From positions 1 to 23,994 of the forward strand of contig JBJHDK010000039.1 in assembly GCA_050486505.1 (NCBI GenBank): a stretch of 23,994 nucleotides of DNA, read 5' to 3'. Positions 17,314-23,994 of the stretch are shown here, one piece after another; within the stretch, counting starts at the first letter, position 1; each line of letters opens with the position of its first letter. This DNA comes from Fibrobacteria bacterium (lineage in GTDB: Bacteria; Fibrobacterota; Fibrobacteria; UBA11236). The notes under the pieces are model-generated. The model saw only the letters and a list, made by a program, of their open reading frames with translations, was not told the origin of the DNA and did no database searches. The translations under genes were made by a program, and so were the position numbers.

Positions 17314-17463
17314 GTTGGGGGTACGGGGTAAGAGGTAAGGGGTGCGCGCGGCGTTTACGCAAGGCGCGTGTGTTCGGTCGGTTTGATCCACGTGCGGCTG
17401 TTTTTTCTGTAGCGGCATTTCCGAGACCGCAGACCTCGTTCCCCTTACCTCCTGTCTCCTACC
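17313..17463. repeat. Inverted-repeat element whose arms are degenerate 7-nt tandem repeats
   Basis: Left arm GGTTGGG GGTACGG GGTAAGA GGTAAGG GGTGCGC (17313-17347). Right arm read on the minus strand GGTAGGA GACAGGA GGTAAGG GGAACGA (17463-17436). Perfect 11-bp core GAGGTAAGGGG (17332-17342) / CCCCTTACCTC (17441-17451). Confidence 0.75.
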
Positions 17464-17475
17464 TATCTTCCCACC

Positions 17476-18363
17476 ATGCGCGTCCTCATCACCGGTGCCA
17501 CCGGCTTCGTCGGCACGGCCGTCACGGCCCGCTTCCTGCGCGAGGGGTGGTCCGTCGCGGCCCTGACACGCGATCCCTCCCGCGCCCGGCTGCCTGCGGA
17601 TGTCGAGCCGGTTGCATGGAACCAGGTTGGCGAAGCTCCGTCGCTCCCCGGGCGTTTCGATGCCGTCGTGCACCTGGCCGGAGCCTCGATTGCCGGAGGA
17701 TTGTGGACGCGTGGGCGCAAGCGGACGCTCTGGGCCTCGCGCGTGGACGCCACCCGGACCCTCATCGAAGCGCTCGCCCGCACGGGATCCCCCCCGTCCT
17801 CCTTCGTTTCCGCCTCGGGCATGGGTTATTACGGGGACTGCGGCGATCGCACCGTGCACCCGGGAGATGCTCCCGGCACTGATTTTCTCGGGCGAATGGC
17901 GCGTGTCTGGGAGGCGGAGTCGCGCGGCGCGGAAGCGCTTGGTGCACGGGTGGCGACGGTGCGCCTCGGGATGGTTCTGGGACGTGATGGGGGAGCGCTT
18001 GCGCCGATGCGCATTCCTTTCGGGTTGGGCCTTGGGGCCATTCTCGGTTCGGGCAAGCAATACTGGCCGTGGATCCATCTCGAGGATGCGGCGAACGTTT
18101 TCTACCGGGCAGCGACAGATGCGGTGCTGCAGGGGCCGCTGCACGGAGCTGCCGGCGATGCCGTGACGCAGCGCGAATTCGCACGCGCACTCGCCGTCGC
18201 GCTCCGGCGTCCGCTCTTTCTGCGCGCCCCGGCCCCATGTTTGCGGCTGGCGTTGGGTGAGTTCGCGGACCTGTTTCTGCACGGCCAGCGTGCCGTGCCT
18301 TGCCCGGTTCCCCTACGGTGGAATTCCCTGCAGGAGGCTTTCGGCAGCCTGTTCGACGCCTAA
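17476..18363 (+). CDS. TIGR01777 family NAD(P)-dependent epimerase/oxidoreductase (YfcH-like)
   Basis: 295 aa with MRVLITGATGFVG (Rossmann), VVHLAGASI, SRVDAT, SASGMGYYG, R.GMVLGRDGGAL and GSGKQYWPWIHLED. Confidence 0.92.
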   Translation: MRVLITGATGFVGTAVTARFLREGWSVAALTRDPSRARLPADVEPVAWNQVGEAPSLPGRFDAVVHLAGASIAGGLWTRGRKRTLWASRVDATRTLIEALARTGSPPSSFVSASGMGYYGDCGDRTVHPGDAPGTDFLGRMARVWEAESRGAEALGARVATVRLGMVLGRDGGALAPMRIPFGLGLGAILGSGKQYWPWIHLEDAANVFYRAATDAVLQGPLHGAAGDAVTQREFARALAVALRRPLFLRAPAPCLRLALGEFADLFLHGQRAVPCPVPLRWNSLQEAFGSLFDA

Positions 18364-18516
18364 CGGCATTAACGCGCTTTCTGCGGCCCGGACTAGCGGT
18401 GCTCGGGTTTTCATCCACCGCATGTTTGGCGGACGCGCGCGACATGAGAACCCGGGCTAACGTCTTTTCCGTGAAAACGAAACGCGTCCGACGGCATGAC
18501 GCGTTACTTTCCCTGA

Positions 18517-20778
18517 ATGCACTCCAGATTTCCCCTCCGCCCGTTTTTCGCCCTTTGCGCCGCGCTTGCCTGTGCCGCGCCTGCCGCCTCCCAGCCGCAC
18601 TTGATCATCCCGCCCGAAGCACGGGCCGGGGCGGTGCTCCCGCACTTGCACCCTTATGCCGACGTCATCAATACCTTCATCACGCGCCAGGGTGAGTATC
18701 CCTGGCGATTCGAGCCGACGGGTTTCACGCGCGACGCCTACCTCCCGGTGATCGACAGCATCGCGCGCGGGCTACGCCTTTACCAGAACGCGGCCGGCCG
18801 CATCATCGATCCCATCCTCAATCGCGAACACCAGTACTCCACGCCTGCCTATGCACACGCGGTTTCCGTCCTGTTCAGGAGTGGATACGCTCCGGCGACC
18901 GACACCGCGATGCTGAATTCGGGAATCCGCGCGATGAGCGCGGGAATCACGACCATGCTTCCGGGAAACTCCGTTCCCGATGGTCACGGGGACTTTTACA
19001 CGGTGTTGCTGATGATGGCGTTCGAAAACTTCAAGGGCGTCGTGAGCCCGGATCAGCAGTCGCAATGGAGAACCTCGCTCGGCAACATTCCCTCCTCGAA
19101 GTACAGCAACGCGGCGCCCAACTGGACCGGATTCAACATGGCGGGGGAGTTCCTGCGCCACAAGGAAGGGCTCACGACGATCAACTGGGTCAGCCAGCGC
19201 ATGAGCCAGCAAATCCAGTACATGGGGCTCGACGGGTTGTATCAGGACATCGCTGCCAGCCAGGTGGAGCGCACGACCGTGGCGAACATCGGGGGAAATT
19301 CATTTGCCTATGACAACGTCGCGCGAGTGCTGCTGAGCATCATCGCGACGGGAGGGTACGACGCCGTCGCGGTCGACTCCCTGCGGCAGCGTCTCTGGCG
19401 CGGCGCGTGGTCGGGCCTGTTGTACCAGTCGTCGGCGGGCGAGGTGCCGACCGGGATGCGCAGTTCGCACCACCTCTGGAACGAGGCGTATGCGGCCGTC
19501 AACTACGAGATGTGGGCCGCTCAGTACATGATGGCGGGACTCCCCGAAATCGCGGGCGCCTTCAAGCGCGCCGCGCACCTTTCGCTCTCGGTCACGAAAC
19601 AGTGGCTGCGACCGAACGGGACGGGGTACGTGACCAAGGCGCGCTATCCCATTTCGGCACGTTGGGGTTACATGTCTTATGCGCAACAGGCACAGTACAA
19701 TGGCTTGACTGCTTCGACCCTCGGGCTCGCCTGGCAGGTCGCAGACACCAGCGTCCATGAACGGCCGGCCCCCGCGGATCTCGGCGGGTACGTTTTGCCG
19801 ATCATTCCCGGCTTCAAAAAAGTTTTCGCGAATGCGGGGGGATCCTATGTCGAGTACGACCTGAGGGGCGACCAGTCGCACAATCCCACGGGCCTTCTGC
19901 GCGTTCACCTCAAGTCCACGCTGCCGCAGTTGGGGCCCTCCGACGGTGCCGTCGGCCCCGTGAACCAGGACCAGGGCGCGCAGTACCGGCCGCAGTATCC
20001 AACCGGCATGGCCGACCCTTCCAACCTGCAGAATCTGAGCATCGGCCCCGGTTGGCCGGTCGGAGGCGGGCAGTGGCAGGTTCTGGCGGCTCTCACGCAA
20101 ATCCCCCAGGTCGAGGTCCTCGACCAGGCGGTGCACGGGGTGCGTTTCCGTGTGACGTACAACATCGGACAGGGATCCACGTTGCATCAGACTGTTGCCG
20201 TCGATCCCTCCGGCGTGACGGTGACCGACTCGGTGGTCGGAGGCAGCGTGGAGTCGCTGCGCATCTTCTATCCCATGCTCATGACGGACGGGGAAGAGAA
20301 CACCACCGTTCTTTTCGACGGTCCTTCCGTTGCGCTTGTGCTGCGGGAGAAGGGCGTACGGTTCTCGATGTCGCGCCCGGTGGTTTCCCTGGAGCGAACC
20401 AACGTGGTGCGCAACCATCGCAACGGACGCGTGGAGGCGGCTTACGCAGATGTGCCGGGGCGCGTTGCGGAGTACCGCATTACCGCCTGGCCCGTGTATG
20501 AACCCGTCGCCGTGCGCGGGGCGCGCCCTGCGGCTTTCGCACAGGCGGTGGTCGAGGGCGGGTTCCTGCGTGTCGGAGCTTCCGGAGCGCATCGCGTCGA
20601 GGTGCGCGATCTGGCCGGGAGAAGGCTTTGGAACAGCACCGCGACAGGCCCGGCCAGCCATGACCTGCGTGCGGTTCCCGGTGCTGCGGGCATCCGTGTT
20701 CTCATTGTAACCACGTCGGAGGGGCGTAGCGTGCATGCGCTTCCGCCATCGACCTTGCCGACGGGCATGTCCCGCTGA
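18517..20778 (+). CDS. Secreted hypothetical protein (paralog 1) with a putative T9SS-like C-terminal domain
   Basis: 753 aa. Signal-peptide-like N-terminus (...ACAAPAAS|Q) and codon usage matching the window. Collinear with the next ORF, with mostly synonymous DNA differences, which shows both are real coding sequences. Tail ...HRVEVRDLAGRRLW...GIRVLIV. Function unknown. Confidence 0.85.
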   Translation: MHSRFPLRPFFALCAALACAAPAASQPHLIIPPEARAGAVLPHLHPYADVINTFITRQGEYPWRFEPTGFTRDAYLPVIDSIARGLRLYQNAAGRIIDPILNREHQYSTPAYAHAVSVLFRSGYAPATDTAMLNSGIRAMSAGITTMLPGNSVPDGHGDFYTVLLMMAFENFKGVVSPDQQSQWRTSLGNIPSSKYSNAAPNWTGFNMAGEFLRHKEGLTTINWVSQRMSQQIQYMGLDGLYQDIAASQVERTTVANIGGNSFAYDNVARVLLSIIATGGYDAVAVDSLRQRLWRGAWSGLLYQSSAGEVPTGMRSSHHLWNEAYAAVNYEMWAAQYMMAGLPEIAGAFKRAAHLSLSVTKQWLRPNGTGYVTKARYPISARWGYMSYAQQAQYNGLTASTLGLAWQVADTSVHERPAPADLGGYVLPIIPGFKKVFANAGGSYVEYDLRGDQSHNPTGLLRVHLKSTLPQLGPSDGAVGPVNQDQGAQYRPQYPTGMADPSNLQNLSIGPGWPVGGGQWQVLAALTQIPQVEVLDQAVHGVRFRVTYNIGQGSTLHQTVAVDPSGVTVTDSVVGGSVESLRIFYPMLMTDGEENTTVLFDGPSVALVLREKGVRFSMSRPVVSLERTNVVRNHRNGRVEAAYADVPGRVAEYRITAWPVYEPVAVRGARPAAFAQAVVEGGFLRVGASGAHRVEVRDLAGRRLWNSTATGPASHDLRAVPGAAGIRVLIVTTSEGRSVHALPPSTLPTGMSR

Positions 20779-20959
20779 CCGAGGACCCCCGGCGGAATTT
20801 TCTTCGGAGGTTTTTTCTCGCGACGCGTGCGACATGATTTGACGTGGACCCTTCATCCGGACGTCGATACGTGACGAAACCCCGCGCGCCGGAACGTACC
20901 GCTCGTTATTTTCGAAGCATGACCGCAACCGCGGTGCATGCGAACACAAGGAACGAATC

Positions 20960-23227
20960 ATGGTTGCCAGTGTGCGGAATCTTGTTGCGCCCGGTCTTCG
21001 CGTCGTGGCGATGGCCTTTTTCCTGAATGCTTCCGGTGCCCAGGCGTGGGAGGTTCCCCTGATCATTCCGGAGCACCTGCGCGGAGCTCCCGTACCGGGA
21101 GAGATGCACCCGCATTCCACGATCATCAACGCTTACCTGCTGCGCCAGCAGTCGCACATGGAAGGGTTCAAGCCGACAGGCTACACGCGCGCGGACTACC
21201 TGCCGGTGATCGACAGCATCGCGCGTGGAATGGGCGCGCACCAGAATGCAGCCGGACGCATCATCGACCCGGTGCTGAACCGCGAGCATCAATATTCCAC
21301 CCCTGCGTATGCACATGCCGTCGCGGTTCTCTTCAAGAGCGGGTACCTCCCGATGACGGACACCGCCATGCTGAATTCCGGGATTCGCGCGATGGACGCG
21401 TCCGTCACCACCATGCTGCCGGGGAATTCGGTGCCGGACGGGCACGGGGACTTCTACACCATCCTGATCATGATGGCCTTCGAGAACTTCAAGGGGGTGG
21501 TGACTCCCGAGAAACAGGCTTCCTGGAGGGCGTCCATCGGCAACATTCCGACTTCGAAGTACAACAATGCGGCTCCCAACTGGATCGGCATCAATCTCGC
21601 CGGGGAGTTTTTGCGCTACCGTGAGGACTCCACCCGCGTCAACTCATCGCTGGCCTGGGTCCAGCAGCGCATGAGCTACCAGATCACGCGCATGGGACTC
21701 GACGGCATGTATCAGGATGATTACACCATCGAAACCCAGAACGTCGTCAACACCGGCGGCAACTCGGTCGCGTACGACATGGTTGCGCGCACCGTTCTCA
21801 ACGTCATCGCCACCGCCGGATACGACGGGATCGGCGCGGAGGAACTGCGCTTGCGGCTGTGGCGCGGCGCATGGACGGGTTTGCTTTACCAGTCGGGAGC
21901 CGGTGAGGTTCCCACGGGGATGCGCAGCTCCCACCATCTTTGGAACGAATCATACGCCGCGGCGACATACGAAATGTGGGCCCGGCAGTATGCCATGGCC
22001 GGGCAGCCCGAAATCGCGGGAGCCTTCAAGCGCGCCGCGCATCTTTCGCTTCATGTCACAAAGCAGTGGCTGCGCCCGAACGGCCTGGGTTACATCACCA
22101 AGGCGCGCTATCCCGCTTCGGCGCGCTGGGGCTACATGGCGTATTCCGGCCTGATGCAATACAATGGGTGGACGGCTTCATCGCTTGCGTTGGCCTGGCA
22201 GATGGCGGATACGTCCATTGCCGAACGTCCTGCTCCGGCGGATATCGGGGGGTACGTGATGCCGGTGATCCCCGGTTTCAAGAAGGTGTTCGCCAATGCG
22301 GGGGGAACCTACGTGCAATACGACCTGCGCGGGGATCAGTCGCACAATCCCACGGGGCTGCTGCGCCTGCATCTTCGGGGCGGCCATCCCTTGCTCGGAC
22401 CTTCCGACGGGGCCGTGGGCCCGGCCAATCAGGACCAGGGCGCGCAATATCGCCCGCAGTACCCGTCCAACCTGGCCGATCCTTCGCACCTGCAGAACAT
22501 CAGTGTCGGACCGGGCTGGCCGGTCGGCGGGGGACAGTGGCAGGTGCTGGCCGCCCTGACCCAGATTCCCGAAGTGACAGTCCTTGAGCAGACGACGCAG
22601 CGGGCAAGCTTTCGAGTGACCTACAACATCGGCCAGGGATCGACCTTGCACCAAACCGTAATCGTGGAGCCGACGGGTGTGACGGTGGTCGACTCCGTGG
22701 TCGGCGGGAGCGTGGAATCGCTGCGCATCTTTTACCCGATGCTCGTCACCGACGGGGAAGATTCGACCACGATCGCGATCGACGGCAATCACGTGACGCT
22801 CGGCCTGCACGGCAAGGGGTCGCGTTTCACGATGATCCGCCCGTCGGTTCCGCTGACGCGGAACAACGTCATTCGCAACCATCGCAACGGCCGCATGGAC
22901 GCGGTGTACGCCGATGTTCCAGGGCGCGTGGCGGAGTATCGCGTGACGGCATGGCCTGTCTTCGACCCGACGTTCTTGCGTGCGGCGCACATGCCCCAGG
23001 CACCGACCCGTGCGCGCATCGACGGCGCAATGCTCAGGGTGGAGGCTCCGGGAGCGCATCGTGCGGAAGTTCGCGACGTTACGGGAAGGTTGTTGTGGCG
23101 CCACGCGGGGTACGGGGCGTCGGTGTACGACCTGCGCGAGGTGGGAGCCCTGCAAGGCCGGCGCGGTGTCGCCGTCGTTTCGGTGCGCGGCGAGGCCGTG
23201 CGCTTCGATGGCATGTACGTTCGTTGA
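20960..23227 (+). CDS. Secreted hypothetical protein (paralog 2) with a putative T9SS-like C-terminal domain
   Basis: 755 aa. SD-like AAGGA at 20948-20952 and signal-peptide-like N-terminus (...ASGAQA|W). Shares long identical blocks with paralog 1 (e.g. NREHQYSTPAYAHAV, TTMLPGNSVPDGHGDFYT, GEVPTGMRSSHHLWNE, GPGWPVGGGQWQVLAALTQIP). Tail ...HRAEVRDVTGRLLW...GVAVVSV. Confidence 0.85.
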   Translation: MVASVRNLVAPGLRVVAMAFFLNASGAQAWEVPLIIPEHLRGAPVPGEMHPHSTIINAYLLRQQSHMEGFKPTGYTRADYLPVIDSIARGMGAHQNAAGRIIDPVLNREHQYSTPAYAHAVAVLFKSGYLPMTDTAMLNSGIRAMDASVTTMLPGNSVPDGHGDFYTILIMMAFENFKGVVTPEKQASWRASIGNIPTSKYNNAAPNWIGINLAGEFLRYREDSTRVNSSLAWVQQRMSYQITRMGLDGMYQDDYTIETQNVVNTGGNSVAYDMVARTVLNVIATAGYDGIGAEELRLRLWRGAWTGLLYQSGAGEVPTGMRSSHHLWNESYAAATYEMWARQYAMAGQPEIAGAFKRAAHLSLHVTKQWLRPNGLGYITKARYPASARWGYMAYSGLMQYNGWTASSLALAWQMADTSIAERPAPADIGGYVMPVIPGFKKVFANAGGTYVQYDLRGDQSHNPTGLLRLHLRGGHPLLGPSDGAVGPANQDQGAQYRPQYPSNLADPSHLQNISVGPGWPVGGGQWQVLAALTQIPEVTVLEQTTQRASFRVTYNIGQGSTLHQTVIVEPTGVTVVDSVVGGSVESLRIFYPMLVTDGEDSTTIAIDGNHVTLGLHGKGSRFTMIRPSVPLTRNNVIRNHRNGRMDAVYADVPGRVAEYRVTAWPVFDPTFLRAAHMPQAPTRARIDGAMLRVEAPGAHRAEVRDVTGRLLWRHAGYGASVYDLREVGALQGRRGVAVVSVRGEAVRFDGMYVR

Positions 23228-23437
23228 GGTTGACGGCGTCGCACAAGGGAACGGCAGCGCGGCCAGTTATTGCGCAAGCGATATATTGAATGCAACGACC
23301 GGAATGTCGCGGATGATTTTGTTCGATTTTCCGGGGAAAATGCGGGGCTGCCGCGATATATTCGGAAACCGGATGCGAATGCGTCGTCCGTTCCCGCAGC
23401 TTTCCCGGAAACCGCTTTTGTCCGGATTGGAGTCCCC

Positions 23438-23994
23438 ATGCCGAAGTCGCTGAAATCCATGTCCCCCCGATTTTCCTTGCTTGCTCTCGCCTTGGGCGCC
23501 CTGTCCGCCGGTGCCGTTCCCGCCCAGGCGACCTTTACCGCGGCCGATTCCGGTTGGGTTCCGATCTTCAACGGATTCGATTTCACCGGGCTGTATTCCC
23601 GGAACTACGGCCAGGAGATTCAGAGGCCGCCGCATCCGGTGTGGCAGATCGAGCATCAAGGCACTGACACCGCCACGATTCGGGTCGCCGGCACGGCTTC
23701 GAACGTGCAGGGGCACCTGGGGACCGACAACGACACCTATAAACACTACCGTGTTCGGGTGAGCTACCGCTTCGACGGCATCAACAACAATTTCAACGCC
23801 GGCCTCACGTATCACACCGACGAGACCGTTCCGCGCATGAACAACAACTGGCCGCGTTCCATCGAGTCGCAGATGAAGCAGAACGAGACTGGCTCGGCGT
23901 TCTCGATCGCGCAGTTGGCCTTCACCACGACCACCAGCGGGTCGGGCGCGGGCTCGAACTACAATCCGAACGGCAATGTGGTGCAGGCCTGCGC
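23438..23994 (+). CDS. Secreted DUF1080 (3-keto-disaccharide hydrolase / 3-keto-glycal hydratase-like) domain protein, 3'-truncated
   Basis: Absent from the ORF track because it has no stop in the window. From ATG 23438 (GGAG SD; alternative ATG 23459): MPKSLKSMSPRFSLLALALGALSAGAVPAQA-TFTAADSGWVPIFNGFDFTGL...GHLGTDNDTYKHYRVRVSYRF...NAGLTYH...WPRSIESQM...ETG. GW..(L/I)FNG.D, N(S/A)G and WPRSIE.Q are DUF1080 motifs. Confidence 0.82.
   Translation, partial: MPKSLKSMSPRFSLLALALGALSAGAVPAQATFTAADSGWVPIFNGFDFTGLYSRNYGQEIQRPPHPVWQIEHQGTDTATIRVAGTASNVQGHLGTDNDTYKHYRVRVSYRFDGINNNFNAGLTYHTDETVPRMNNNWPRSIESQMKQNETGSAFSIAQLAFTTTTSGSGAGSNYNPNGNVVQAC

Noticed and set aside
20779..20817. Possible terminator after paralog 1 (weak stem then GGTTTTTT)
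   Set aside because: The stem needs several mismatches and wobbles, which is too weak to call. Read-through into paralog 2 cannot be excluded.
15001..21129. Long antisense ORFs over tex, the TIGR01777 gene and paralog 1 (15001..16389, 16573..18282, 19300..21129)
   Set aside because: Antisense shadows of genes with strong GC3 bias, with no recognisable motifs or initiation signals.
18517..23227. Paralog pair considered as an assembly duplication, recent gene conversion or DGR target
   Set aside because: Synonymous differences are spread throughout, even within identical peptide blocks, and are not adenine-specific. This fits an old duplication.

Overview
GC-rich bacterial chromosomal window, gene-dense and mostly housekeeping in its first three quarters. 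An FCB-group origin (Fibrobacterota-like) is inferred from the short RpoD-family sigma, TAnnTT promoter motifs and T9SS-like C-terminal tails; it is not proven. Left to right: a translationally coupled Mrp/Mnh cation:H+ antiporter operon (mrpE-F-G-A'/B1-B-C-D-D, minus strand, running off the left edge); htpX; a DUF2062 membrane protein; a polyphosphate cluster sixA-ppx-ppk1 (minus); a stand-alone, very basic protein made of four helicase-associated (HA) repeats; an isolated eboA-eboB pair; a region-1.1-less RpoD-family sigma factor; tex; a TIGR01777 oxidoreductase; two tandem paralogous ~750-aa secreted proteins of a family I cannot name, each with a T9SS-like tail; and the 5' part of a secreted DUF1080 protein. 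No rRNA, tRNA, CRISPR array, transposase or phage gene is supported. The best leads are (i) the secreted paralog pair plus DUF1080 locus with a shared upstream motif, (ii) the helicase-less HA-repeat protein beside the polyP genes, (iii) a 7-nt-periodic inverted-repeat element after tex, (iv) a CU-rich stem-loop in the sigma 3' UTR, and (v) a TAnnTT promoter grammar with several apparently leaderless genes. All family assignments come from motif recognition by eye; no search was run.
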